Positions 28,894-38,853 of a DNA stretch of 64,000 nucleotides are shown one piece after another. The stretch's first letter is position 1; every line of letters begins with the position of its first letter. A model generated the notes under the pieces. The model was not told the DNA's origin and did no database searches. It worked only from the letters and a program-made list of their open reading frames with translations. The translations under genes were made by a program, and so were the position numbers. Source of the stretch: Candidatus Magasanikiibacteriota bacterium (GTDB lineage Bacteria; Patescibacteriota; Patescibacteriia; Magasanikbacterales; 2-02-FULL-50-9b); assembly GCA_903893485.1 (NCBI GenBank), contig CAITMK010000008.1:10612-74611 (forward strand), read 5' to 3'.

Positions 28894-30303
28894 TTAGCCT
28901 GCCAAACAAGCAGATTTGGTATACCGCCACGATGTCAGTGGGCAATTTTCTTTCGGAACAGGAATTGTACATGAACCAACGCCATTTGGTGTGGTTATGT
29001 GACAAAATATTTTATCCTGACAAAGCGCCGATGTTAATGCAATTGTGTTTGCACCACAAGACGAAGACGCTGCAGCTTTAGTCATGCTTGCACAATTATC
29101 TCCAGTAGGACTAAAAATAACCTGCGTTGAATCATTACTCATACAGTAATAGCCGGTTCCACTAAACTGACAATCTTGTGGACATGTCGCATTTGATTCA
29201 CTTGCACTACACGTGCCATCGCCACACGTATTCGCTGGAACTTGTATAACACCTCCGGTATCTGCATTACACACACTCTGTATCGAGTGTGGAACACCTC
29301 CAGCGGCTGCACAGGCTGATTTAGATACATACATACTGCATCCAACATAACTGCCAACCTGTTTTGTGCAATAGGTAAGATTCAAACAATCTAGCGTTGG
29401 CATTGTTTTGCCAGCAAGATCAGCCGAAACCTGAGCGTCACATTTTGTCTGCGCATCTGCAACGCTTACCGCATTAACCGGCTGTGTACCATACGCATAA
29501 CATGTCGCGGTAAAATCACCAAAAGTTTTTTCTTTGCAGAAGTATGTTGATGATCCGCCACTCCCTGTACCCGAACAATCGCTTGGGCAGCTAGTTACTG
29601 TTTCCGTAGCATCACACGTACCATTATTATTGCAAGTACCGTTTGCTGGTGGTGGAGTTAATACATTACCAGTGCCGGTGCCGGTTAAATCACACTTGCC
29701 GGCAACACCAGCCGCATCAACACCACAATTTGCATCTACACTACATGATTGTCCAGGTTTTTCCCCACCAATACAAGTTGGAAAAGGATTTGCATTTGTC
29801 TGACAATCAACCGGACAACTATCGACAGTTTCCCCGGTATCGCAAGTACCATTACCACAAACCGCTCCTGCGGCAACCGTTGTGGCGGTAGTATTACTAC
29901 TCGCCGTTCCCGAATTAATCGCTGGCGCGACCGTTGAAAATAAAAAGTTAGTAATAACATATGCCGCCATGACCAAAATAATACCGATTGTTGCGTCGAT
30001 AAGCGTATCACGACCTTCGCTAACCGATTTGGTATCGCCGTGTGCGGTCATCCAACGGAACCCACCATACACTGCAAAACCCAAAAACACCAAGCCGGTT
30101 AAACTAAGCGCGATGCCTAAAATATCACCGACCAAGGTTGGCAATGTTTTTTTGGTTGTAACAGCAGTGCTAAAAACGGTCGTGCTCTTAGCGGTTTCAT
30201 CGAGACCAAATGCATCTGCATGTGCCACAATCGGCATTGCGAAAGAAAACATGGTTAATGAAATTGCCAAGGGCGCCAAAATTTTTGCAAATAAACGTTT
30301 CAT
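28894..30303 (-). CDS. pilin-like N-domain fused to a large Cys-rich extracellular repeat region (469 aa)
   Basis: N-terminal 135 aa paralogous to 30383..30817; three copies of C-G-[ND]-G-T-C-[DS]-x2-E-[ST]-x2-[ST]-C-P-x-D-C; many additional Cys. Confidence 0.65.
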   Translation of the reverse strand: MKRLFAKILAPLAISLTMFSFAMPIVAHADAFGLDETAKSTTVFSTAVTTKKTLPTLVGDILGIALSLTGLVFLGFAVYGGFRWMTAHGDTKSVSEGRDTLIDATIGIILVMAAYVITNFLFSTVAPAINSGTASSNTTATTVAAGAVCGNGTCDTGETVDSCPVDCQTNANPFPTCIGGEKPGQSCSVDANCGVDAAGVAGKCDLTGTGTGNVLTPPPANGTCNNNGTCDATETVTSCPSDCSGTGSGGSSTYFCKEKTFGDFTATCYAYGTQPVNAVSVADAQTKCDAQVSADLAGKTMPTLDCLNLTYCTKQVGSYVGCSMYVSKSACAAAGGVPHSIQSVCNADTGGVIQVPANTCGDGTCSASESNATCPQDCQFSGTGYYCMSNDSTQVIFSPTGDNCASMTKAAASSSCGANTIALTSALCQDKIFCHITTPNGVGSCTIPVPKENCPLTSWRYTKSACLAG

Positions 30304-30382
30304 AGAAAAAAATCATCCGGAAGTTTTGCTTCCGGATGATAGTATATCAAACTTTTTCGCTTTTTGACGAGACTTATACACC

Positions 30383-30817
30383 TTATGGTGTTGATGAGGC
30401 GGCAGCTCCGGGCGCAGCAGTATTAAGCGCGGGTGTGATGGTTGTAAAAAGATAATTCGTAACAATATAGGCGGACAAAACCAAAACGATACCAATCGAC
30501 GCATCGATCAATGTTTCGCGTCCTTCAGTGACTGATTTTGAATCGCCACGTGCAGTCATCCAGCGGAAGCCGCCGTATACCGCATAACCTAAAAATACCA
30601 AACCAACTAAACTTAAGGCAACACCTAAAATATCACCAACCAATGTTGGCAAAGATTTTTTAACCGTAACATCTTGTTTAAAAACACCCGAAGCATTTGC
30701 AGTTTGGTCTAAACCGTACGTATCGGCCTGCGCATGTGCCACCAGTGGTGCTGCCATTGTAAAAAATGTTAATGAAATTGCCAAGGGCGCCAAAATTTTT
30801 GCAGATAAACGTTTCAT
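30383..30817 (-). CDS. T4SS-type pilin-like protein
   Basis: MKRLSAKILAPLAISLT signal; YGGFRWMTARGD core; close paralog of N-domain of 28894..30303. Confidence 0.6.
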   Translation of the reverse strand: MKRLSAKILAPLAISLTFFTMAAPLVAHAQADTYGLDQTANASGVFKQDVTVKKSLPTLVGDILGVALSLVGLVFLGYAVYGGFRWMTARGDSKSVTEGRETLIDASIGIVLVLSAYIVTNYLFTTITPALNTAAPGAAASSTP

Positions 30818-30886
30818 AGAAAAAAATCATCCGGAAGGGATCGCCTTCCGGATGATAGTATAGCAAACTGATTTGCTGTGGGGAAA

Positions 30887-31300
30887 TTAAACGCCTGTAA
30901 AACCCGTTGCGCCTGTAACATTCAAGAGTGAACCGATCACAAATGATGAAAGTGCGTAAGCAGACAAGATAATTACAAAGCCGATAACACCAGAAAGCAA
31001 AATGCCTTTTGCAGCATCTACATCCTTTTCGCTACCACCTGAGGTCATCCATTTAAAACCACCATAAATAACCAAAACGATTGCTACAACACCAAGAAGT
31101 GACAAGATAATCTTAATAACAGAACCAACGGTCTGGTATAAGTTGTTCTGACCAAGACCTGCATTCTGTGCGATGGTGTTAAGACCAAGATCGCCAGGAG
31201 CTGGTTGGCCGGTGCTCTGAGCAAAGGCTGGAGTAACAAATGCAGTTGCCATCATGGTAGCTGCGGTAATAAACGATGCGTATTTTGCAATGTGCTTCAT
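30887..31300 (-). CDS. T4SS-type pilin-like protein
   Basis: signal peptide, YGGFKWMTSGGSEKD core. Confidence 0.6.
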   Translation of the reverse strand: MKHIAKYASFITAATMMATAFVTPAFAQSTGQPAPGDLGLNTIAQNAGLGQNNLYQTVGSVIKIILSLLGVVAIVLVIYGGFKWMTSGGSEKDVDAAKGILLSGVIGFVIILSAYALSSFVIGSLLNVTGATGFTGV

Positions 31301-31338
31301 AAGAATAAATTAGATTGATGAAAGTATATCACAGATTA

Positions 31339-32184
31339 TCACTTGGGGATACAACATTTGCGATTTGGGCCACCAGAACACAAACCCGATTTGATAGTTG
31401 AGCTATTTGGACAATCAGCTTTTTGCATACATACGCCTGCCTTACCAGACGCTGGCTGATTACATTTTGAATCATCACCTGAGACGATCAACTTACATTC
31501 TGCGGTATTCAGTGCATATTTAGCGAGCGTACAATTTGTTTTTAAAATTTGAACACCGCAGTTAATACCATCCGCACAATAAATAAGATCATCACACTTG
31601 CCCACAGTTACCTGTCCACTATCAATGCCCGGCCACGCGGAGCATTGTGTTGCCGCATCATTATCATCAACGGCCGTAAGATTTGCTTCTTTAGAACCAT
31701 CATAACAACAATATGCAACTTTTGTAGGGCCGGTCGGCGCTGGCGTTACCGGTGGCGTTGGCAATCCAGTTGCCGCAGGTGGTGGAGCTGCTGCGGTGCC
31801 CGTTCCCGTGGTGTCACCTCCGGCCGTAAGATTCGTAAACAAAAAATTCAAAACCACGTACGCCGAGAACATGACCAAAATACCAACGGTAGACCAAATA
31901 AAAACCTGTTTTCCCTGCTCTACCTGTTTAGAATTACCCATGGAAGTCGTCCACAAAAAACCACCCCATACAAACATTGCAAGTGCAACTGAACCAACAA
32001 TACCAAATAAAGTGTTGATAATTATTTTTGCAATCGATTGCACCGGCGTCTTTTCGCTAACAGTATTGAGCAGCGGATTATAAAGTTTAACCGATGTGGC
32101 ATCCGCCGCATGAGCCAACATTGGCGTGCTTAATAATAAAAAAGCTCCGAAGGTAAGTAATATAAAGGAACGAAAAAATCGCAT
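31339..32184 (-). CDS. pilin-like N-domain fused to Thr/Pro linker and Cys-rich C-domain
   Basis: WGGFLWTTSMGNSKQV core, TGTGTAAAPPPAATGLPTPPVTPAPTGP linker, 12 Cys in C-domain. Confidence 0.6.
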   Translation of the reverse strand: MRFFRSFILLTFGAFLLLSTPMLAHAADATSVKLYNPLLNTVSEKTPVQSIAKIIINTLFGIVGSVALAMFVWGGFLWTTSMGNSKQVEQGKQVFIWSTVGILVMFSAYVVLNFLFTNLTAGGDTTGTGTAAAPPPAATGLPTPPVTPAPTGPTKVAYCCYDGSKEANLTAVDDNDAATQCSAWPGIDSGQVTVGKCDDLIYCADGINCGVQILKTNCTLAKYALNTAECKLIVSGDDSKCNQPASGKAGVCMQKADCPNSSTIKSGLCSGGPNRKCCIPK

Positions 32185-32188
32185 AGCC

Positions 32189-32551
32189 TTATGATAAACT
32201 TCCGAACAAAAAGTTCAGAATAATATATGAAGAGAACATGACCACAACACCGACGGATGCCCAAATAAAAATATGCTTTGCTTTATCCACTTGTTTGGAG
32301 TTGCCCATGGCGGTCATCCAAAAAAACCCAGCCACCACATACATAATCAAAGCGGCCGACCCGGTCAGACTAAAAATTACATTGATCACCATTTTTGAAA
32401 CAGACTGAACGGGTTTATCCAAAGAAACTGTTTTTGCAAGTGGGTTTTGAAGCGGTTCAACGACTTCACCCGCAGCGTGAACAAATAGTGGCGTACCAAA
32501 AAGTAGCAAAGTGCCAAAACTAAGTGCAGCGATATACTGAAAAAAACGCAT
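32189..32551 (-). CDS. T4SS-type pilin-like protein
   Basis: paralog of N-domain of 31339..32184 (AGFFWMTAMGNSKQV). Confidence 0.6.
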   Translation of the reverse strand: MRFFQYIAALSFGTLLLFGTPLFVHAAGEVVEPLQNPLAKTVSLDKPVQSVSKMVINVIFSLTGSAALIMYVVAGFFWMTAMGNSKQVDKAKHIFIWASVGVVVMFSSYIILNFLFGSLS

Positions 32552-32590
32552 AGTAAAATCAGTATATCTTTTTTTTTAGAAATTGACTAC

Positions 32591-33400
32591 TTACTGAGCA
32601 GGCAAACAACACTGCACCGTCGCAGCTCCCGGACAAAGTCCAGATGCAAAGGCGCCATTGCCTCCATTACATGGGGAGCTATTGGATGTACAAGTTCCGC
32701 CAAGTTTTCCGCAAAGCGTGGTTTGTGCCGCAGCCTTTGTTGGAAAACAACATTTTTTACCAGTTGCACACGCGCCATCAATCAAAGTACCAGGACATGT
32801 TGCCGTTGAAACACAATTATTATCAGTTCCCGTAAGAAAACTACATTGCGCGTCGGCAGTGACGCCTGTCATTGGAACAGAAATTGCATAAGATTGTGCG
32901 GCACCTCCACCCGCAGCACCGGCCGCAGCTGCAGGACCAGATGCTTTCGGCAAAAATTGATCCCCTTCTGAACCGACAAATGTTTTTATACCGTATGCAA
33001 TTATTGTATAGGAAGAAAACAAAATAATTAAACCAATAACGCCAGAAACCATTAAATCTATACCCTTTGAAACCATTTTCGAATTACCAGCAGACATTAC
33101 AAAATAAAAACCGCCAACCACAAAGACAACTAATGCCACCGCACCGGAAATGCCAAGCATAAAATTGCCAATGCGCGCCATAACTGATTTCACATCGCCG
33201 AGCGAATAGTCGCGGCTTGCACCATCCTTACATGGTTGCCCAAGCGGCGTGGTTACCGTAGTGCCAGATGCATAATCTTCGGGGCAACGACCAGTTGGAT
33301 CAGGAATTAAACCTGCAGCATGAACAGGCGTTGCGTAAAGCAAGCCGCCCATACAAGCCAATATCGCATAAGTTGCAAAAATCAATTTGGCGCGGATCAT
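32591..33400 (-). CDS. pilin-like domain fused to Cys-rich C-domain
   Basis: VGGFYFVMSAGNSKMV core, Ala/Gly linker, Cys-rich tail ending CCLPAQ (compare CCIPK in 31339..32184). Confidence 0.55.
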   Translation of the reverse strand: MIRAKLIFATYAILACMGGLLYATPVHAAGLIPDPTGRCPEDYASGTTVTTPLGQPCKDGASRDYSLGDVKSVMARIGNFMLGISGAVALVVFVVGGFYFVMSAGNSKMVSKGIDLMVSGVIGLIILFSSYTIIAYGIKTFVGSEGDQFLPKASGPAAAAGAAGGGAAQSYAISVPMTGVTADAQCSFLTGTDNNCVSTATCPGTLIDGACATGKKCCFPTKAAAQTTLCGKLGGTCTSNSSPCNGGNGAFASGLCPGAATVQCCLPAQ

Positions 33401-34827
33401 AGCGTGTCATTTAATCGCACCTGCGCACGATTTACCGCTTTCTGATAAATATCAGTTTCGGTTACGTTTGGATCTGGGTTTGCAAGCTGCGCACGAGCTT
33501 CTTCGATCATATCCGTTAAAATGGTTTGGGCTGCCGCGCTATTTTTACCGTGATACCAAGAGCGCGCCGTAAGATTTTGTTTTGCAAAAGCGCCGAGCTC
33601 AATATCATCTTGCTGTGTTTGAATAATTTCATTCAACGCTGATGTGCGATGCGTTGCGGCCAAATATTTAGTCAACGCGTCTTTATTAGTCGCGGTCTCC
33701 AAAATAAATAACCAAGCGGCATCAGCATTTTTTGATTTTTTAGAAACACCTTCCATCCAATAATTTGCAAGATTAAGCGGCGTGTCACCAACACGTGGAG
33801 TTGGCAGTAGAGCAACTTCAAAATTTAAACGTGGATTTTGAGCCTTAACTGTTGCCATGTCATATGAATAGCCTAGGTAATATGCAACGCGGCCCTGAGT
33901 AAATGCCGCAAGCCCATCACCCATAGTCGGATTCCAGGTGTATGCCTTTTTTGCAGGATTGCCAAAATCCATATAAAAGTGAAGTGCGGCGCCCGCTGGC
34001 GTTTCTTCTTGTGGATTTTGATTTGCTGGAGCAGCGGCAAAAGTAATATTATGTGCGGCGTCAGAAAGTTGCGCACCATTTTGCATCATAAGCGCCAAAA
34101 CAATATCACCCGCAACATGCACGTTTGTGCCAGTTCCCATCGGAATGATCGATTGGGTAATTTTATTATCCGTTGCGCTGATCTTAGTAAGTTTTTCAGC
34201 TTGCGCACGAATCGTTCCCCAATCGGCAGCTGGAGCAGTTACTCCATTTTGTGCAAGCAAGTCGCGATTGAAATACAACGCGAGCGTGTCTACATAAAAT
34301 GGAAGGGCAAAAATACTTTTTTGCGTTGAGGTTGCCGCGGTGGGCAGTGCCATTGAGTCATCTTCAACAACGCGCACAAACTGATCACGCATTTGTTTTA
34401 AGGTAAGCCCTGGGCGTGACTGCATGGAAACCTGTGTTGATGCATTAATACCGCTACCCGTTGTTGTGAAAACGGGATACGAAAGTGTTGTTGGCATTGG
34501 CGCTAAGCGCAACTTATATCCTTCGACCCAATCATTGTGAATGGTGAATAAATCTGGGCCGCGATCTTCTGCGAATGCTTGAAGCAATGCCTGTTCATAT
34601 TCTTCAGGGCGAAACTTACGATATTGAATCGTAATGTTTGGGTGTTTCGCCTGAAACGCTTTAATCAAAATTTGCATCTGGTCCGAGTCAGTAAACACGC
34701 CCCAATATTGGAGCGTGATTGGTTTAGCCTGAGCTGCTGGAACCGCAGGAGCAGAACTTGAACAACCAAGACCAGTTAATGTAAGCATCGCACCAAGTAC
34801 AAAGATCGAAAAAACGCGTTTAAACAT
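33397..34827 (-). CDS. ABC transporter extracellular solute-binding lipoprotein (family 1, carbohydrate-type)
   Basis: lipobox LTLTGLGCSSS; size and aromatic-rich pattern of sugar-binding proteins; start chosen at MFKRVF. Confidence 0.75.
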   Translation of the reverse strand: MFKRVFSIFVLGAMLTLTGLGCSSSAPAVPAAQAKPITLQYWGVFTDSDQMQILIKAFQAKHPNITIQYRKFRPEEYEQALLQAFAEDRGPDLFTIHNDWVEGYKLRLAPMPTTLSYPVFTTTGSGINASTQVSMQSRPGLTLKQMRDQFVRVVEDDSMALPTAATSTQKSIFALPFYVDTLALYFNRDLLAQNGVTAPAADWGTIRAQAEKLTKISATDNKITQSIIPMGTGTNVHVAGDIVLALMMQNGAQLSDAAHNITFAAAPANQNPQEETPAGAALHFYMDFGNPAKKAYTWNPTMGDGLAAFTQGRVAYYLGYSYDMATVKAQNPRLNFEVALLPTPRVGDTPLNLANYWMEGVSKKSKNADAAWLFILETATNKDALTKYLAATHRTSALNEIIQTQQDDIELGAFAKQNLTARSWYHGKNSAAAQTILTDMIEEARAQLANPDPNVTETDIYQKAVNRAQVRLNDTL

Positions 34828-34828
34828 A

Positions 34829-35713
34829 TTAGATTTTGAGATCTCGCAAATATTTTGCAAAATCGGCACCAACTTTTGGATGTTTTAAGCCAAAAGCGAT
34901 GGTGGTTTTAAGATAGTTGAGCGGATCACCTGTAGTATACCAGGTTCCATCGATTGCTTTCGCATACACTGGTTTCTTTTTGGCAATAGTCATGAGCGCG
35001 TCCGTAAGCCAAAGTTCATTATCTTTACCCAAAGACTGTTTTGCCAAAATATCTACAACTTCTGGAGTCAAAACAAAACGGCCAAACTGTGCCAAGTTGC
35101 TTGGAGCGGTACCTGGATTTGGTTTTTCAATAACGGTTTCCAAACGCATTGCGCCATGTAGCATTTTTGCTCCCTTTTTTGGTTTTACCACACCGTACAA
35201 GTGCAAAACTTCCGGTGGCATTTCTTGAACGCCAATAATTGCTGCTGGATGACCTAATTTTTCGTAGGTTTGGATGAGCTGTTTGGTTGCACTTACCTTT
35301 GAATCAACCACGTCATCAGGAAAAACGTACACAAATGGTTCATCGCCAATCAAATTGCGCGCCGCCAAAAGTGGCGTACCGTTGCCGTATGGCATGTCGC
35401 GCGTTTGGCGCACATAATAAAAATGGGCCAAATTGTTGATGTCTTTAAGAAGTTGGAGTTTGTCTTTTTTGCCGGTAGCTTCGAGCTGGCGTTCAAGGTT
35501 TACATTACTATCGAAGTGGTCCTCAATCATGTGATTGCCCTGGCGCGTCACAAAAATAATATCTGTAATACCAGCTGCAACTAATTCTTCCACAACATAT
35601 TGCACCGTTGGCTTGTCCACGATTGGCAACATTTCCTTTGGCTGAGCCTTTGTCGCAGGCAAAAAACGGGTTCCGTATCCGGCAACCGGGATAATAGCTT
35701 TAGTAATTTTCAT
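34829..35713 (-). CDS. galU: UTP--glucose-1-phosphate uridylyltransferase
   Basis: AIIPVAGYGTRFLPATKAQPKEMLPIVDKP N-terminal signature. Confidence 0.9.
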   Translation of the reverse strand: MKITKAIIPVAGYGTRFLPATKAQPKEMLPIVDKPTVQYVVEELVAAGITDIIFVTRQGNHMIEDHFDSNVNLERQLEATGKKDKLQLLKDINNLAHFYYVRQTRDMPYGNGTPLLAARNLIGDEPFVYVFPDDVVDSKVSATKQLIQTYEKLGHPAAIIGVQEMPPEVLHLYGVVKPKKGAKMLHGAMRLETVIEKPNPGTAPSNLAQFGRFVLTPEVVDILAKQSLGKDNELWLTDALMTIAKKKPVYAKAIDGTWYTTGDPLNYLKTTIAFGLKHPKVGADFAKYLRDLKI

Positions 35714-35728
35714 AGCGACGCCAGTATA

Positions 35729-36679
35729 TCACTGGTTGCCGCGACTGTGAAATTTGTCATGAATCTTCTTCAACTGCGGATCCGTCACGTGCGTATACAC
35801 CTGCGTCGTGGTAATTGAAGCATGTCCAAGCATCACCTGCACCGAACGAATGTCTGCGCCGTTGTGTAATAAATCAGTTGCAAATGAATGGCGCAAAACG
35901 TGCGGCGTAATTTTTTTCATGATGCCGGCAACGTGCGCATATTTTTCTACCATGCGTTGCACGCTACGCGGCGTTAATCCTTCCATCACTTTTTTACTCG
36001 TTTTTTCTTTTTCACGGCTCGCGTGCGCGCGATCATGATTCGCAAATAAAAATGGCGACATATCGCGGCGCAACTGCAAATATTTTTTCACCCAATCGCG
36101 CGCTTCAGGTGATACAAAAACCACGCGACGTTTTTTTCCTTTACCAAGCACACCAATTTCTCCACGCGTTAATTCCACGTCATCGCGACGCAACCCCGTT
36201 AATTCTGAAACACGAAGTCCAGTTGAAAATAACAATTCAATTATTGCCCGATCGCGCGCCGCAATTAAATCCGATTCTCCACTTTGCTGTGGCGCCGCCA
36301 AAAATCGTTTTAATTCATCACCCGACAAAAAAGAAACCGTGCGCTGCGGCATTTTACCAAGTTCAACTCGCTCTGCAGCAAGCGTCACAATTTCACGCTT
36401 CGATAAATATTTTAAAAAACTACGTACGGCAATTAAATGATAATTTTGCGTTGATGCGCCAAGTGACTGCCCCTGTTCATCGGTATATCGATGCAACCAC
36501 AAACGAAATTGACGCACCCCTTCGTAAGTAATCTGATCGACATTCGGCCGTTTGTTGGTGACAAAAAATTTTGTAAAGCGGCGCAAATATAATTCGTAAT
36601 TTCGGCGCGTCAGAAGTGATCGATTTTTTTCAATTTCCAAATAATCTAAAAAATCATGCACCGCGATTTCAATGCGCAT
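35729..36679 (-). CDS. xerD: tyrosine recombinase, XerC/XerD-like
   Basis: C-terminal HVLRHSFATDLLHNGADIRSVQVMLGHASITTTQVYTHV (R-H-R-Y catalytic region). Confidence 0.75.
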   Translation of the reverse strand: MRIEIAVHDFLDYLEIEKNRSLLTRRNYELYLRRFTKFFVTNKRPNVDQITYEGVRQFRLWLHRYTDEQGQSLGASTQNYHLIAVRSFLKYLSKREIVTLAAERVELGKMPQRTVSFLSGDELKRFLAAPQQSGESDLIAARDRAIIELLFSTGLRVSELTGLRRDDVELTRGEIGVLGKGKKRRVVFVSPEARDWVKKYLQLRRDMSPFLFANHDRAHASREKEKTSKKVMEGLTPRSVQRMVEKYAHVAGIMKKITPHVLRHSFATDLLHNGADIRSVQVMLGHASITTTQVYTHVTDPQLKKIHDKFHSRGNQ

Positions 36680-37763
36680 ATGCCATTTCAGATTCATCAA
36701 TGAGCGCCGCAAGCGCGCGATGTGGATCTTCTATTGCGCCATCAATCCATGCACGAATAAATTCTGCATTGATAACGGTATGGGGTGTCGCATCAATAAT
36801 TTTTTCAAATTCTGCAGCCGCAATCCAAACACGTATTTCGAGCGCACTATGCGCCGCAACTAATAATGAATATTTTTCGCCCGCATTTTTTTGCGCATCA
36901 TGCATCGCGCGCGTTACCAGCGCCAACTGAAAAGCCGCTTTTTCTAAATTTCGAAGCGCGACTTCCCCGCGCTGCGCACCAGTTGTATAACCTATTTCTG
37001 GCGCATTACGTTGAACAAAAGGATGCCGTCCCGAAATAATTGGTAACGGCCCATCGAAAAGCGCTGCATGATTTGGATGTAAAATTTTAGCACTAAATTC
37101 ATTATTTTTTCTACTCAGGGCAATCAAATCATCAGAAAAATCTACATCTTTTTTTTCAAAATTTTCAGTATGTATATAAGGAAGCAATTTCCCTACCGTT
37201 TTTAAACCTGAACTTGTACTTACAAAAACAGAACCGTCCAAATTTATTAAAATATCTTTTTCACCTGGTTGCAATGTTCGCACACCACTCGGTGTAGCGT
37301 ATTGAAATGGCTGTTCTGCAGAAAATTTTTTAAGTCTTCCGACATATTGCGCACGCGCCTTCCAAAAAATGCCTGCACTACGCAAAAGTTTTACTACAAA
37401 GCCCGCGGGCGTAATAAAAATATTTTTTTCTTGCGGCATTATTTTTTCTCGCCCTACCGCATCAAGCATGGTCCGATCAAAAATTTCTTCTTGTATAATC
37501 TCACCTGCTGAATTAATTTTTCCCGCATATTCAAAATTAAATCCGTTCCAATTGTGGATTGCTTGCGGTATCGCCTCTTTGTACGCAACACGGCAAGTAG
37601 GAATACCCGCATCATCATAACAAATAACCGCATCGATGCGTCCATGCTGAGGCGAAAAAATAAATCGATGTTTTGCATCAGATTGTTCTAAAAGGCCAGG
37701 CTGTGGCCCATCCCATTTAGTTTGTGGAGGTTGTAAAGCAACTGTTGAAAGCATGTCATGCAT
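36669..37763 (-). CDS. hypothetical protein (364 aa)
   Basis: long ORF without recognised motif; overlaps xerD start by about 11 nt. Confidence 0.45.
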   Translation of the reverse strand: MHDMLSTVALQPPQTKWDGPQPGLLEQSDAKHRFIFSPQHGRIDAVICYDDAGIPTCRVAYKEAIPQAIHNWNGFNFEYAGKINSAGEIIQEEIFDRTMLDAVGREKIMPQEKNIFITPAGFVVKLLRSAGIFWKARAQYVGRLKKFSAEQPFQYATPSGVRTLQPGEKDILINLDGSVFVSTSSGLKTVGKLLPYIHTENFEKKDVDFSDDLIALSRKNNEFSAKILHPNHAALFDGPLPIISGRHPFVQRNAPEIGYTTGAQRGEVALRNLEKAAFQLALVTRAMHDAQKNAGEKYSLLVAAHSALEIRVWIAAAEFEKIIDATPHTVINAEFIRAWIDGAIEDPHRALAALIDESEMAYAH

Positions 37764-37937
37764 TATAGCAAGAAATACTTTTTACGCCCATGAAATAAAA
37801 AACGATGGTGGACCTCACCGGACCAAGTTCGGACTCTGATTGAGAAGGCGGTACTGTTCGGACTAGATGAGAAGTGGAAGAAAAGAGCTAACTCTAGGCT
37901 AGGAATATTCAAAAAGCAGAGAAGAAAATGACCCTAA

Positions 37938-38010
37938 TCCGGCAATATGGACCCTACCGGAATTGAACCGGTCGCCTCTTCCATGCCATGGAAGCGCTCT
38001 ACCAAATGAG
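37938..38010 (-). tRNA. tRNA-Ala (anticodon GGC)
   Basis: cloverleaf GGGCCCTTAGCTCATTTGGTAGAGCGCTTCCATGGCATGGAAGAGGCGACCGGTTCAATTCCGGTAGGGTCCA with G3:U70; CCA not encoded. Confidence 0.85.
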
Positions 38011-38505
38011 CTAAGGGCCCAAGAACGCAAAAATAATAACATTCACTTTTTAAAATGTAAAGAAATTATTGTTTGGGAGCACCGCTTATGCGTATTGCTC
38101 GTCGATCAAGAGATAAGATTTGATCTTCAGCATCTTGATATGGTTCTTTTTTTATTAAGAATTTATTCGCAATACGTTCAGCCTTTACCGATTGAGAGGC
38201 GTGCCCCGTATTACTTATCTGTTTTTTATACTTTTTATTTGAAAATTGAAATGGAGCAAGCAAATGAATCGCAAGCCTGCTTAGAAAGCTGTTTTCAACT
38301 TTATTCAGCTGTTTTAATGTGCATTTTTCTTTCATGAAGTTCAGTATAGCATTTGTGCATAACTGTTGATAACTTTGGGGATAAAGCTGTGATTTCTGTG
38401 TGTAAATACTGTTGAAAGTGTGATATAGTTCTATTTGATAACAATAATATATACATTTTTACTTTATGTTTCACGTGAAACATAAGAAAAAATGGTCGAA
38501 AATCT

Positions 38506-38853
38506 ATGGTTTCACGTGAAACATCCCATAACCTATCTGACGATTTTATAGCTGGAATAATTTCGGTTTCAGGTAGTTTTCTTCATACAAAAACTGCACG
38601 CGTAGAACAATTTGGTTTTCAAATAAAAACACCAAAAGAAAACTTTGCGCTTCTTGAAATGATACGACTCAGACTTGGCTTAAAAGGATCCGTAAAAATC
38701 TATTCGGCAGATGGATCAGAATATGCATTACTTATTACAAGATCAAAAAAAGAGCTTTTGAACAAAATAATTCCATTTGTTGAACATAAACTACTTGGAA
38801 TTAAGCTAAATCAATATTTAAATTGGAAAGATAAACTCCAATCTATTTTATAG
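38506..38853 (+). CDS. LAGLIDADG-family homing-endonuclease-like protein, motif acidic residues replaced by Ser (likely degenerate)
   Basis: DDFIAGIISVSGSF aligns to LAGLIDGDGSF motif; downstream FQIKTPKEN...LLITRSKKELLNKIIPF typical of LAGLIDADG fold; sits between two tRNAs. Confidence 0.5.
   Translation: MVSRETSHNLSDDFIAGIISVSGSFLHTKTARVEQFGFQIKTPKENFALLEMIRLRLGLKGSVKIYSADGSEYALLITRSKKELLNKIIPFVEHKLLGIKLNQYLNWKDKLQSIL

Noticed and set aside
37963-38337. Plus-strand 124-aa ORF overlapping tRNA-Ala
   Set aside because: Overlaps a confidently folded tRNA on the opposite strand and has low-complexity translation. Likely spurious.
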